This document shows positions 1-10,357 of a DNA stretch of 64,000 nt, in pieces. The translations under genes and the position numbers were made by a program. Position 1 is the first letter of the stretch, and each line of letters begins with the position of its first letter. Below the pieces are notes generated by a model. That model made no database searches. It saw only the letters and a list, made by a program, of their open reading frames with translations, and was not told the origin of the DNA. The DNA comes from Candidatus Dojkabacteria bacterium (GTDB lineage Bacteria; Patescibacteriota; Dojkabacteria; J137). The DNA lies in contig JBDTVZ010000001.1 of assembly GCA_040006935.1 (NCBI GenBank), positions 18,218 through 82,217 of the forward strand. Direction: 5' to 3'.

Positions 1-795
1 GGTCTTCATAAATGCATTGGAAACTTGTAAGAAATTATTATAATCAACTTCCTTTCCCCAAATCGGATATATATAAACACCTAGAGTTATATTCTTAGTT
101 TTTAACTGATCTTTAAGAAGGTTAATTAAATTTAGATAATCTTTAATATATGTAAAGGAAGTGTCCAAATATATTTTCTTAGAACCAGAGGTTGTTGCAT
201 CATTCACTATTACATTTGTAAGCTTAATGTTATCGAAAGCTGAGGTCTCAGTTAATGTTTTTAAAGAAAAGAAATATATTGGCACAAAATCAGGGTTAGT
301 TTTGTCTGAATTTGGAATCGCATGATCGTCAATTGTTAAGTCTTTCGAAATTTCAAAAACCTTTGCTGTTCTATAATTAACAGAAGGATTTTGAACTTGT
401 TCAACTGCAATCGAAGAGTTATATCCAATGATTAATTGGGATTTATCCTTCTGTGCAGTTGCAACATTTTCTAGATTTCTACTTTCGGCTTCAGCTTTAG
501 AGATAGTGTCATCATTGACTGTTGCATTACTATCTACTTTGTTGATCGTAATATCCCTTCGAATAAAAAACACATATGCTAAAACCAGACTAAATGCTAC
601 AAGAACTAGAATTAATATAATTGTAAGAAATTTCAAAAAGGACTTTAATAAATCTCTTTTTTTAGATGTACTCTCAACCTCATTAACCTGTGGTGAAAAT
701 GGGTGTGGAAGAGTCTCTGGTACAGTTTTAACAATAGGAGCTGACACTGGCTCGTCAATAATAGATTGTATTTGTTTATTTTTAAACCCAAACAT
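1..795 (-). CDS. partial CDS (start codon in window, 3' end runs off the window start): hypothetical membrane-anchored protein
   Basis: ATG at 795-793 on the minus strand, 1 nt after the rnhA stop. I checked all 265 codons of this frame down to position 1 and found no stop, which is very unlikely by chance at this AT content. A hydrophobic helix FLKFLTIILILVLVAFSLVLAYVFFI is encoded around 585-660. It is missing from the ORF track because it has no stop inside the window. Confidence 0.75.
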   Translation of the reverse strand, partial: MFGFKNKQIQSIIDEPVSAPIVKTVPETLPHPFSPQVNEVESTSKKRDLLKSFLKFLTIILILVLVAFSLVLAYVFFIRRDITINKVDSNATVNDDTISKAEAESRNLENVATAQKDKSQLIIGYNSSIAVEQVQNPSVNYRTAKVFEISKDLTIDDHAIPNSDKTNPDFVPIYFFSLKTLTETSAFDNIKLTNVIVNDATTSGSKKIYLDTSFTYIKDYLNLINLLKDQLKTKNITLGVYIYPIWGKEVDYNNFLQVSNAFMKT

Positions 796-796
796 T

Positions 797-1204
797 TTAT
801 TTTGATTCTATTGTATCTAAAATAGTATTAACTAATTTATCAGCGAATTTATTTTGTTCTCTTGGAACGTGTTTAAATTCAATCTTTTTAAAGTTTTTCT
901 CTAAATATTTCACCTCTTTATGTTGTTCTTTAATTGAATCACTAGATACTTTATAAATCCCAGTAATTTGTTTGATAGCAAGTTCACTATCCATGCAGAC
1001 TAATAAATCATCGATACCATTTTTCACAGCTAGCTTTAATCCATTGATCAATCCTGAGTACTCTGCATTATTATTAGTTACTGTTCCTAAAAATTCACCT
1101 CCAAAATCGGATAATTTCCCTTCGGAGTCCAAAAGAAAGTAAGCACAAGCAGAATTTCCCGGATTACCTCTTGAGCCACCATCTGTAAATAGAGTAAACA
1201 TCAA
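797..1204 (-). CDS. rnhA: ribonuclease HI
   Basis: 135 aa; TDGGSRGNPG...AEY.GL..GL...D....S.L...Q..G.Y, the conserved RNase H fold motifs with acidic catalytic residues. Confidence 0.85.
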   Translation of the reverse strand: MMFTLFTDGGSRGNPGNSACAYFLLDSEGKLSDFGGEFLGTVTNNNAEYSGLINGLKLAVKNGIDDLLVCMDSELAIKQITGIYKVSSDSIKEQHKEVKYLEKNFKKIEFKHVPREQNKFADKLVNTILDTIESK

Positions 1205-1295
1205 AGCTAGTTAATAATTAATAGTTAAGAGTTAATAATTGAATAAACAGTGAATCTGGACTGTTTAACTATTAACTTTTAGCTCTTAACTAAAT

Positions 1296-1967
1296 TTATA
1301 CTTGTGACATAAAGTAGGATACATTTCTTACCCATTGATCTTGATTATCAGATGGGCCTCCATACTTTCTTATTATACAATACAAGTCACCTTTGCAGGG
1401 TGCAATAAATCTTTGGGAAATAACACACGACAGTTTTGTTAAAGATTGTGACCAACCAGTGTATTGAACACCATCTAAATATCCAAAAGGATTATAGATC
1501 TTATACGGAACTTTCCCCAATCCGGATTCGTTTCCGGCTATTCCTACAAGAATTTTATAGTCTCCACCGCATTCAACTGCTTTCCTCACCATTATTCCAC
1601 CATAACCTTTCATTGGCGAGTCATAGCTATTAAAAAGATTTTCAACTCGAGCAGTCCATTCCTCTATATCAGCTTCCTGTTTTGCTTCTGCTACACGTTT
1701 TGCTTTTGCTACTTTTGCTTCTTCTATCTTCTCCTGAGAGGCTAAATGTAGTGCATTTACTACATCAGCTTCTGTTATTTTGATAGTAAATCCCTTATTT
1801 AATGCATTTAAATCCCCAATCCAAATTCCGGAGAGAATAATTAAAACTATAGAAATAGTTACAAGAGAGGAAGCGATAATGTGAGAATCGTAATAATTTA
1901 CGAAGTTCTTGATTTGCTTTACTAATTTCTTTTTATTAAATTTAACTCTGAACTTTATTCTAGCCAT
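1296..1967 (-). CDS. membrane-anchored protein, possibly a glucosaminidase-like peptidoglycan hydrolase
   Basis: 223 aa; N-terminal TM segment; VGIAGNESGLGK...NPFGY resembles the ESGWG...NLFGIK motif of mannosyl-glycoprotein endo-beta-N-acetylglucosaminidase domains; the functional call is weak. Confidence 0.55.
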   Translation of the reverse strand: MARIKFRVKFNKKKLVKQIKNFVNYYDSHIIASSLVTISIVLIILSGIWIGDLNALNKGFTIKITEADVVNALHLASQEKIEEAKVAKAKRVAEAKQEADIEEWTARVENLFNSYDSPMKGYGGIMVRKAVECGGDYKILVGIAGNESGLGKVPYKIYNPFGYLDGVQYTGWSQSLTKLSCVISQRFIAPCKGDLYCIIRKYGGPSDNQDQWVRNVSYFMSQV

Positions 1968-2272
1968 TTCAGACTTCCTAATTTAACAATTAGTTCACGA
2001 TCGTCATCTGGAGCTATTATACAGTATGTGAGCTTATTACACTTCCCACACCTGTAAACTATTTGATTTCGACTATTCTTAACTCTAAGTCCAATCGGTT
2101 TTAGTAAACCTTTACAATCATTCGCTCTGTCTCCTGGATTAATATCAACGTGTTGGCTATATAAGCAAAAAATACAATGGTCTCTTGAGCTTGATGGATG
2201 GGCAGGTGTGACTTTCCCACAATTTAAGCAAGTAAAGGACTTGTTGTTCTTTTGAAATTTCTTTTGATCCAT
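1955..2272 (-). CDS. RNHCP-domain zinc-ribbon protein
   Basis: 105 aa; CLNCGK...RDHCIFCLYSQHVDINPGDR...CKG...YRCGKC matches the RNHCP domain pattern (C..C...RNHCP.CL.S.HVD..PGDR); overlaps the upstream gene by 13 nt. Confidence 0.6.
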   Translation of the reverse strand: MDQKKFQKNNKSFTCLNCGKVTPAHPSSSRDHCIFCLYSQHVDINPGDRANDCKGLLKPIGLRVKNSRNQIVYRCGKCNKLTYCIIAPDDDRELIVKLGSLKWLE

Positions 2273-3616
2273 TTAAATTAAATATATAACTAAACCAGCC
2301 AAGGCAGATCCCATAAGTCCAAGTGTTAAATACTTAGCATATTTTCTTGTTCCAATTGTATAAGCATAAATGCTCTTGGCAACAAAATTAACAAAATTAG
2401 TCAGTAAAAAGGCAATCAGTGCAGTATTAACATCAATAACCCCATTTGTAAGTAATCCGGCAATTGCAATTGTGGGTGCATCTACTCCTATAACTCCCGA
2501 TAAAGCAGTAACTATAATTACAAAACCTGTATTAATATTTATTAATTGCATTGCTTGCACAACTAAACTAAGTACAACAATAATAGAAACAAATTTTAAA
2601 GCTGGTACAACTGAAAAAGCTTGATATTCGACAGTAATGCTTTTGGAAGATCCTCCTCCATATAAAAATATTAATAAACTACCAGTTACAAATCCAAAGA
2701 TTAGAACTACTAAAGTAACTGGAAATGCTGCAATGAATAAATCTTTATTAATTATCAATAGAAGAGTTGTTACAACCACAAAACTTACGGCATTTGAAAC
2801 AATTGCAGCTCCAGATAGAAGGATATCTTCTTTCTTAGTCTCTTTTGACTTTGAAGCGAAAGAAATAATTCCCGAGGTAGAAGAAATAAAACCAGAGAAA
2901 ATTGATGTGAAAAATAATCCTAATTTTTCTCCCGTAAGTCTACTTAAAATATAACCTAAGAGATTAATGCCAGAAATTATTACTACTATTACCCAAATCT
3001 GAAAAGGATTTCCTAAACTAAAATTTTGTAAAGCAGTACTACCAATATTAGTTACTCCAATAAGTGAAAAGAAATCTCCAAGCGTAAATACATGATCGGG
3101 GAAGACAGGTAGAATTACTAATGCAATTAATCCAAAACTAAAAACATCAATAACTTCACGGTGTTGAATTTTCTTAATAAATTTTCCAAAGCCTCTTTTC
3201 TGTGAAAGGAAAAAAGCCATTAAAACTAAAATAACCAACACAACTTCCAATTTTATTATTGAAGATGTTGTTAGAAATCCTAAAACGAAAGTAATTATTA
3301 CTGCGATTTCTGTTGTTATTCCAAAAGCTTCCTTCAATTTTACATTCATAAAGTAAGCTATTAGTAAAAATCCAGCTAATGCAAGAATTAGAAAAAAACT
3401 TAATATTTCTAAATGATTTACAAAAAGAATCCCAGCAATCCCACCCATCAACGATATTAAAGTATAAGTTCTAAATCCTCCAATTCTACTTTTCTCTTCT
3501 TTCTCTGCTTTTTCCACTCCATTTTCTTCAATTTCTCTAGTTTCGGTTTCCAGACCCAATATGGCACCAAATAGTACAGATAATAGAATCTTGGTAAAAA
3601 TATTAAGCTCAATCAT
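2273..3616 (-). CDS. MgtC/SapB-family membrane protein with a DUF4010-like C-terminal polytopic domain
   Basis: 447 aa; N-terminus LSVLFGAILGLETETRE...GFRTYTLISLMGGIAG has the typical MgtC signature; many TM helices follow. Confidence 0.65.
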   Translation of the reverse strand: MIELNIFTKILLSVLFGAILGLETETREIEENGVEKAEKEEKSRIGGFRTYTLISLMGGIAGILFVNHLEILSFFLILALAGFLLIAYFMNVKLKEAFGITTEIAVIITFVLGFLTTSSIIKLEVVLVILVLMAFFLSQKRGFGKFIKKIQHREVIDVFSFGLIALVILPVFPDHVFTLGDFFSLIGVTNIGSTALQNFSLGNPFQIWVIVVIISGINLLGYILSRLTGEKLGLFFTSIFSGFISSTSGIISFASKSKETKKEDILLSGAAIVSNAVSFVVVTTLLLIINKDLFIAAFPVTLVVLIFGFVTGSLLIFLYGGGSSKSITVEYQAFSVVPALKFVSIIVVLSLVVQAMQLININTGFVIIVTALSGVIGVDAPTIAIAGLLTNGVIDVNTALIAFLLTNFVNFVAKSIYAYTIGTRKYAKYLTLGLMGSALAGLVIYLI

Positions 3617-3668
3617 AAATCTATTATGTACTAATGTTAAAATAAAAAAGTCTTATATAATTTACCAT

Positions 3669-4553
3669 ATGGATAAAAAGAAAGTAATAGTTGTAGGTGG
3701 CCCTACAGCTACTGGTAAAACTCAAACAGCATTTGAAATAGCTAGGTCAATTGGAGGCGAGATAATAAGTGCAGACTCGCGACAAATATATAAATATTTA
3801 GATATTGGAACCAATAAGGAAATCCCAATAGATATTCCAATCCACTTAATAAATTTAATAAATCCTGATGAAAGATTCAATGTCTATGAATTCCAAACCA
3901 TGGCACTTAAAAAGATAGATGAAATTATAAGTAGAGGGAAAGTCCCAATCATTGTAGGAGGAACCGGGTTATATATAGATTCATTAATCAGAAGCTATGA
4001 ACTAAGAACTAAAGATGAGAACTATTCCGGGAGATCTCAATTTGAAACTTTAAGTGTAGCCGAACTTCAGCAACTTATAAATTCTTATGATTCATCAATT
4101 TTATCTCAATTAAACAATAGTGATAAAAATAATCCGCGTCGTCTAATCCGATTATTGGAAAAAACAAATGAAACTGTTGCCAATAATAGGTATAATAACC
4201 TGGATTTCCTTTTTCTTTATCCGGAATATGATTGGGAAAAGCTAAAAGAAAAAATAAATTCAAGAGTAGAAAAAATGTTTGAAAGTGGATTAATTGAAGA
4301 AACTAGGAGAGTTATCCAATTAGGATATTCTAAAAATTGCGATGGTTTAAATATAATGGGATATAAGCAAATAGTAGAATTTCTTGATTCCAAAATAAAT
4401 TTAACAGAGTGCATCGAACAAGTTAAGATTGCACATAAGCAATATGCTAAAAGACAACGAACTTGGTTTGAAGGCAAAGGCAGAGGGTATAAATTAACTA
4501 AGTATAATAATACAAATGAAGCTTTGGATGCTTCAATAAAATTTCTAAAATGA
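3669..4553 (+). CDS. miaA: tRNA dimethylallyltransferase
   Basis: P-loop VIVVGGPTATGKT, DSRQIYK..DIGT.K, PIIVGGTGLYI...; the true start is probably the ATG at 3669 (MDKKKVIVV) rather than 3561 in the ORF track. Confidence 0.9.
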   Translation: MDKKKVIVVGGPTATGKTQTAFEIARSIGGEIISADSRQIYKYLDIGTNKEIPIDIPIHLINLINPDERFNVYEFQTMALKKIDEIISRGKVPIIVGGTGLYIDSLIRSYELRTKDENYSGRSQFETLSVAELQQLINSYDSSILSQLNNSDKNNPRRLIRLLEKTNETVANNRYNNLDFLFLYPEYDWEKLKEKINSRVEKMFESGLIEETRRVIQLGYSKNCDGLNIMGYKQIVEFLDSKINLTECIEQVKIAHKQYAKRQRTWFEGKGRGYKLTKYNNTNEALDASIKFLK

Positions 4554-5848
4554 GAGTAGATATAAAAAGTATTTTAAGAAAACTTATTTATTTCTTTTCA
4601 ATCGCGATCACAACTTTAATTCTAGTCGAAATATCAGACAAATCTTTCTTCACCTCAATTAACAATTTCATCGCAAGAGTTTTAAATTTCTATCGAGTAA
4701 GCGAGATAAATATCGTTAGCTTAACTTCTATAAACATTCGGATTGCTAACTTTAGTACAGAAACTAGTTCAGTTATCCTCATTATCATTTTAGGCTTAAT
4801 TGCTGGAGTTATATATTTACTATCTCGAAATTTCATTGTTCAAACTACTTTCTATTTAGTCACACTATCCCTAAACTTGATGGTTTTTGTAATATCAATC
4901 AGCAGTGGGAACCTCTGGCCTTTCTTACAAATTATATTTCTTTCATCCGTAGGCTACATTGCAACAATTTTTCTTAATTACTTTGAGAAAATGCTTAAAA
5001 TCGTGCAAATGCAGCAAGCACTTGGCACATTCGTAAATAAAAAAGTAAGTGAGGATTTACTGAATGGATCAAAATTAAGAGTGAGTGGAGCTGAAAAAGA
5101 TATAAGTGTAATGTTTATAGATATTCGTGAATTTACCAGTTTGACTGAAAATATGAAGGCAAAAGATTTGATTAAATTTTTAAATGGTTATTTATCTTTT
5201 ATGAGTAACCTTATTATTAAAAATGGAGGAACAATAGATAAATATATAGGAGATTCTGTAATGGCACTTTGGAATGCACCAGAAGATATAAAATTTCATG
5301 CTTATAACTCTGTAATTGCAGCTTTAGAAATTGTTCAAAATATGAAGGAGTTTCAAAACAAAAATCCTGATCTGCCTAAAATTCAAATAGGGGTTGGTAT
5401 TAGTACAGGCAAAACAATTGTTGGAAATATTGGAACCGAAGTGAAGCTTAACTATACAGTAATTGGTGACAATGTAAATTTAGCTTCAAGAATAGAAGGT
5501 TTAACAAAAAAATATGGGTTGCCAATGTTACTTGCAGATACTACTTATGAAGAATGTGTAGGATGTCCACTACTTTTTAGGGAAGTGGATACTGTTTTAG
5601 TGAAAGGTCGTAAGAAATCATTAAAATTGTATGAGCCAATGATAAATAATTCAAAAAATAAGAAGATTAAAGAAATATACGAAAAAGCATTAAAGTATTA
5701 TTATCAGAAGAAATTTGACGAGGCTAGGGACCTATTTGTTAAAATAGAAGATAACGATGGTCCATCTAAAACAATGCATAGAAGAATCTTCGAACTTTCT
5801 AAAGACCCTTCCAGCTTTAAAGGAGTTTGGAAATGGAGCGATAAATAA
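4550..5848 (+). CDS. membrane-bound class III adenylate/guanylate cyclase
   Basis: 432 aa; about 4-6 N-terminal TM helices, then a cyclase homology domain (VMFIDIREFTSLTE...GGTIDKYIGDSVMALWNAP...GVGISTG..IVGNIG...YTVIGDNVNLASRIE). Confidence 0.8.
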   Translation: MRVDIKSILRKLIYFFSIAITTLILVEISDKSFFTSINNFIARVLNFYRVSEINIVSLTSINIRIANFSTETSSVILIIILGLIAGVIYLLSRNFIVQTTFYLVTLSLNLMVFVISISSGNLWPFLQIIFLSSVGYIATIFLNYFEKMLKIVQMQQALGTFVNKKVSEDLLNGSKLRVSGAEKDISVMFIDIREFTSLTENMKAKDLIKFLNGYLSFMSNLIIKNGGTIDKYIGDSVMALWNAPEDIKFHAYNSVIAALEIVQNMKEFQNKNPDLPKIQIGVGISTGKTIVGNIGTEVKLNYTVIGDNVNLASRIEGLTKKYGLPMLLADTTYEECVGCPLLFREVDTVLVKGRKKSLKLYEPMINNSKNKKIKEIYEKALKYYYQKKFDEARDLFVKIEDNDGPSKTMHRRIFELSKDPSSFKGVWKWSDK

Positions 5849-5864
5849 ATATTAATTAATAAAA

Positions 5865-6320
5865 ATGATAATTGAAGGAATAGACAAAGAAGAAATTGAT
5901 ACTGTTCTATATTCACTTAAACAATTAGTAGAAGATGATTATAGAGAAATAAGAGTAATCCACGTTCCTCTTGAAAACATTAATAGTGGTCTGTCAGATC
6001 TATTTCAACAAAATGATCAGCTGCAGGCAAAATACGGCTTTGAAATGAAGAAAGGAAGTATAAGTAATGACGCTAATGGTTTTATGGATCTTGTTGATTT
6101 CTGCAGAGCTATAATAGCTTCAATTGACCTAATGTATTTTGATGAAGGTAAAGTACAGTCTCAAATGAAATTGCAGATTGCCAATTATTTTTCAGGGAAA
6201 GGGAGTGCTATACATTTAACTCATTTAGCTCGCGAATACATTCAAACAACAGCAGATGCTGACCTCGAAGGGAAAATTGTACAACTTGCTTTATTAGTTG
6301 CAAGAAAGACTATAAATTAG
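5865..6320 (+). CDS. hypothetical protein
   Basis: 151-aa ORF with coding-like composition; no recognised motif. Confidence 0.5.
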   Translation: MIIEGIDKEEIDTVLYSLKQLVEDDYREIRVIHVPLENINSGLSDLFQQNDQLQAKYGFEMKKGSISNDANGFMDLVDFCRAIIASIDLMYFDEGKVQSQMKLQIANYFSGKGSAIHLTHLAREYIQTTADADLEGKIVQLALLVARKTIN

Positions 6321-6741
6321 AGCTTTCAGATTCAAATAACAAGCTATATTGATCCTGAACAAAAGTATTGAAACCATCAAATTCAGGAAATCCATTTTTA
6401 ACCAAACTGTTGAGTATTTCTCTAATATCTATAAGATCAAGCACAGCATTGCTTTTTGCTCTTTCATAAATACTTTTACTGGATTCTGTTGTTCTATCTT
6501 TAAAAAATTCATAAAAGGATTCTGGTGCTCTACTTGAGAAAATAAAAGCAAATATTTCCATTAAAACACTCAGTTCATCCAAGCTTCTATTTCCCTGGAG
6601 AATTTCATAAAACCTATCTTTCAAGGTAAACTCCTTTTGATAAGCTAAATGTAGCAGCGAGTACTGAATGGCATTCATTTTCCTAGAACGTGGGATGTTA
6701 TCGACTGTATGGATATTTATGGCTGTAGCATGATCTGACAT
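6310..6741 (-). CDS. hypothetical protein
   Basis: 143-aa ORF, convergent with and overlapping the previous gene by 11 nt. Confidence 0.5.
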   Translation of the reverse strand: MSDHATAINIHTVDNIPRSRKMNAIQYSLLHLAYQKEFTLKDRFYEILQGNRSLDELSVLMEIFAFIFSSRAPESFYEFFKDRTTESSKSIYERAKSNAVLDLIDIREILNSLVKNGFPEFDGFNTFVQDQYSLLFESESSNL

Positions 6742-6890
6742 ATAAAGATAATAAACTTATAAAAACACATGATCTTACCAAATTCACTAATAACTGTCTG
6801 TAAGTATAATATTCTAGGATACTAAATTCTAAAACCATATTAGAAATATTTAGGTATAATAGACTATAAATTAATAATTAATTAAAATTT

Positions 6891-8036
6891 ATGGATATTA
6901 ATCAATTACTTCTAATTGTTCTTATTTTAATACTCATCGTAGGGTTTATCTATATTGCTTCTAAAATAAGCAAACCTCCTGTAAAAGACGACGGAACAGA
7001 GAAACTTTTACAAATGATGATGGTTCAGATGAACAGCGAATCCTCTAAAAATCAAGAAAAGCTAGATAGAACAATCAAAGATTTAAACGACAGATTAAAT
7101 GATCAAAATAGAACTATAAACGATCAGATGAGCAAATCTCAAACAAATATTCTCCAACAGTTTGCAATGTCTCAAAAAAATATGAGAGAAACTAGTGATA
7201 GCGCAGCTAAAATTATTAAGGAAGTTACAGAAAAACTTACTAAACTCGATGATACTAATAAGCAAGTTGTTAATTTCGCAGAACAACTACAAAGTTTAGA
7301 AAATATTCTTAAAAACCCAAAACAAAGAGGAGTTTTAGGTGAATATTTTCTGGAAACTGTTCTTAAAAACGTACTTCCACCCAATGGTTATCAAATGCAG
7401 TATAAATTTTTAAATTCTGAAATAGTTGATGCTGCTGTATTTGTAGGGAAAAAGATAATTCCAATTGATGCAAAATTTTCATTAGAAAACTACAATAGAA
7501 TTCTAGAGGCTAAAGAAGTAGGTGCACGCGAGATTTTAGAGAAAGAATTTAAAAATGACTTGAAGAAAAGAATAGATGAGACTTCTAAATACATTCGACC
7601 AGAAGAAGGCACAATGAGCTTTGCCTTTATGTTTATCCCATCTGAAGGTATTTACTACGATTTATTAATAAACCAGGTTGGAAATGTAAAAACTAATACA
7701 CACGATTTAATTGAATACGCTTTTAAACAAAAGAGTGTGATTATTGTCTCTCCTACATCTTTCCTAGCTTATTTACAAACAGTATTACAAGGTTTAAATG
7801 CACTTAAAATTGAAGAAAAAGCAATTGAGATTAAGGAAAATGTAGAAAAACTGCAAAAGCATATTGCAAGTTTTGATATGAATTTTGCAAAACTTGGGAA
7901 AAATTTATCTACAGTAGTAACAGCTTACGGAGATGCTCGGAGCGAATATAAAAAGATAGATAAAGATTTATATAAAATCACAGATAATACAATAGCAATA
8001 ACCTCGGAAGATATTGAAAGACCTGTTTTAGATTAA
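6891..8036 (+). CDS. rmuC: DNA recombination protein RmuC
   Basis: 381 aa; N-terminal TM anchor, a long coiled-coil, and a C-terminal RmuC-type nuclease-like domain (GEYFLE..L...LPPNGYQ.QY...VDA.VF......PIDAKF.LE). Confidence 0.75.
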   Translation: MDINQLLLIVLILILIVGFIYIASKISKPPVKDDGTEKLLQMMMVQMNSESSKNQEKLDRTIKDLNDRLNDQNRTINDQMSKSQTNILQQFAMSQKNMRETSDSAAKIIKEVTEKLTKLDDTNKQVVNFAEQLQSLENILKNPKQRGVLGEYFLETVLKNVLPPNGYQMQYKFLNSEIVDAAVFVGKKIIPIDAKFSLENYNRILEAKEVGAREILEKEFKNDLKKRIDETSKYIRPEEGTMSFAFMFIPSEGIYYDLLINQVGNVKTNTHDLIEYAFKQKSVIIVSPTSFLAYLQTVLQGLNALKIEEKAIEIKENVEKLQKHIASFDMNFAKLGKNLSTVVTAYGDARSEYKKIDKDLYKITDNTIAITSEDIERPVLD

Positions 8037-8053
8037 CGTGTTAAAATTAAAAC

Positions 8054-9262
8054 ATGAAAAGAGCTTATCTAATCTTACTAATTATACTTTCCTTGCTTAT
8101 TCCTGCAGAAGGAGTACTTGCTTATAACTTCTACAAAAACCCAGTAAAAGAGACTAGAGTAGAGCAGAATGTACATAAAACGTATATTTCTACAAAAAGA
8201 GATATTGATCTAGAATTTGCAAAATTGGATAAAGTTACTAAGCAACCAAAGAATTTAAATGATGTTTATGTAACTGGCTGGATTCCTGACTGGGACATTC
8301 CTAATGGTTTAACTACTTTAGAAGATCAAAAAGAAGTTTTTGATGGCATAAGTCCTGTTTGGTTTTATGTAAATGAGGATGGAACTTTAGAGGATACGAC
8401 TTATTCAAATGGACCTACGCTTAAATCTTTTGCGAGTGATAATAATCTGGAACTTGTACCTTCAATAGCATTATTTGATGCAGATACAATTAGCAAAGTA
8501 TTAAATTCAGAGGAAAATTTGAATAAGCATATCGACGCAATTGTAAATATGACTGTTGATAATAATTACAAAGGAATTGATTTAGATTATGAATCAGTTT
8601 TCCTTGCAGATAAGACTTTGTTTTTTAAATTTCTTCAAACAGTATCGACAAAGTTAAAGGAAAAAGGGAAACTTTTAAGCTTTACAGTTTTGCCAAAGTG
8701 GGGAGACTACATTGATTATCCTACTCTACCGCAAACCAGAAGAGTAGAGGATTACAAAAAAATTGCAGATCTAGTGGATGAGTTTAGAATCATGACATAT
8801 GACTTTAATGGTCGTGGAAGTAATACAGCTGGCCCAGTAGCGCCTTTGAAGTGGATGGAATCTACAATTAAATATGCTATCAGCTTAGGAATTCCAAGAA
8901 ATAAAATTCTACTGGGCATTCCAACCTACTCATACGATTGGGGTGAAAGACCTCTCGAACCGGACGACGTTGATATAATAAATTGGTACGGGAATTTGAT
9001 AACTGACACTCCGTTAGAGGCTGGTGTTGCTTACTTTAATAAGCAAATAAATCAAGTTAGAAATGGCTACACTTTAACTGAAACATTCAATAATGCTTGG
9101 GGAGAAGTTGTGGGAACTTATAATTATAAAGGAGAGAACAGAATAATAGTTTTTCCTAATGAAGAATCTTGGAAATTGAGAAAGCAACTAGCAGCAGATT
9201 ATGGATTAAAAGGAATTGCATACTGGAGAATTGGTGACGAAGATGGTTTAAAACTACAATAA
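8054..9262 (+). CDS. secreted glycoside hydrolase family 18 (chitinase-like)
   Basis: 402 aa; signal peptide; the GH18 catalytic motif GIDLDYE is present (DxxDxDxE). Confidence 0.8.
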   Translation: MKRAYLILLIILSLLIPAEGVLAYNFYKNPVKETRVEQNVHKTYISTKRDIDLEFAKLDKVTKQPKNLNDVYVTGWIPDWDIPNGLTTLEDQKEVFDGISPVWFYVNEDGTLEDTTYSNGPTLKSFASDNNLELVPSIALFDADTISKVLNSEENLNKHIDAIVNMTVDNNYKGIDLDYESVFLADKTLFFKFLQTVSTKLKEKGKLLSFTVLPKWGDYIDYPTLPQTRRVEDYKKIADLVDEFRIMTYDFNGRGSNTAGPVAPLKWMESTIKYAISLGIPRNKILLGIPTYSYDWGERPLEPDDVDIINWYGNLITDTPLEAGVAYFNKQINQVRNGYTLTETFNNAWGEVVGTYNYKGENRIIVFPNEESWKLRKQLAADYGLKGIAYWRIGDEDGLKLQ

Positions 9263-10327
9263 ATGAAAACTTGGCAACTTCTAAAACAAAACCCTGAGTT
9301 ATTCGAAAGATATTTTGTAAAAGAATATATAATAAAAGCCTGCAGAAAATTCTTCGAGAATAAAAATTATCATGAGCTTGAAAGCCCATTGTTAACTCCC
9401 TACTTACCTCAAGAAAGGTACATGGACCCAATGAGAGTCGATTTAGAATTGAAGGGACAGAAATTGAAAAAAGAAGTCTATATCACACCAACAACAGAAA
9501 GATATAATAAAGTTCTATTATCAGCTGGGTTTGGAGAGCATTTTGTAATTACAAAAGTTGCCAGAGATTTAGAGGACATTAGTCCAAATCATGGACCAGA
9601 ATTTACAATGTTGGAATGGTATCACCTAGATGCAAATTATAAAGACATGATGGATGATACTGAAGATTTAATAATAAGCATCTTAGATTATTTAAAAAAA
9701 CATTCAAAATTAGATAAATTCTCAAACGGTTATAAATTAACTTTTCAAGGGCAAGAAATAGATTTTTCAAAAGGTTGGGATAGACTTTCAGTTAGTGACG
9801 CTTTAGAAAAATTTGCAGGATTAAAATTAGAAAGTATTCAAACTTTGGAGCAAATTAAAGAAGCAGCAATTAAAAAAGGACATACTGTGGAAGGTGTGGA
9901 AGATTGGCAAGCTTTGTTTGAGCTTATTTTTATAACTGATATTGAACCTAATTTATCTAAAACAAAACCTACTTTCATTTATAATTATCCAAAAATTTTA
10001 GGACCTTTGACAAAACCAAATGTGGAAAACCCTTTAGTTTGTGAAAAGGTTGAGTTGTATATTGCAGGTAAGGAAATTGCTAATGGATATACAGAATTAA
10101 CCGATGGCAATCTTTTAGAACAAAATTTTAAAGAGGAAGAAGGAGCAAGGAAAAAATTAGGAAAAGACTCAATAACATTTGATAATGATTTAGTAGATGC
10201 TGTGAAATCTGGAATGCCAGAGGTTGGAGGAGTGGGAATGGGATTAGATAGATTGGCAATGATATTTACGGATGCAAAAAATATTGCAGAAGTAAATTTC
10301 TTTCCTGCGACGGAATGGTTTGAATAA
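9263..10327 (+). CDS. epmA: EF-P lysine lysyltransferase (PoxA/GenX)
   Basis: 354 aa class II LysRS-like catalytic core without an anticodon-binding domain; HGPEFTMLEWY, KPTFIYNYP, VELYIAGKEIANGYTELTD and GMGLDRL align with E. coli EpmA motifs. Confidence 0.85.
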   Translation: MKTWQLLKQNPELFERYFVKEYIIKACRKFFENKNYHELESPLLTPYLPQERYMDPMRVDLELKGQKLKKEVYITPTTERYNKVLLSAGFGEHFVITKVARDLEDISPNHGPEFTMLEWYHLDANYKDMMDDTEDLIISILDYLKKHSKLDKFSNGYKLTFQGQEIDFSKGWDRLSVSDALEKFAGLKLESIQTLEQIKEAAIKKGHTVEGVEDWQALFELIFITDIEPNLSKTKPTFIYNYPKILGPLTKPNVENPLVCEKVELYIAGKEIANGYTELTDGNLLEQNFKEEEGARKKLGKDSITFDNDLVDAVKSGMPEVGGVGMGLDRLAMIFTDAKNIAEVNFFPATEWFE

Positions 10328-10357
10328 GATTAATAATTATCAATTACTAACTTAAAT

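Noticed and set aside
428-805. 125-aa + strand ORF in the ORF track
   Set aside because: It is antisense to a 265-codon open minus-strand frame (1-795) that directly follows rnhA. Its composition is Leu/Ser/Ile-rich, as expected for an antisense artefact.
2370-2954. Two + strand ORFs (84 and 105 aa) inside the MgtC-family gene
   Set aside because: They are antisense to a well-supported 447-aa membrane protein and have low-complexity composition.
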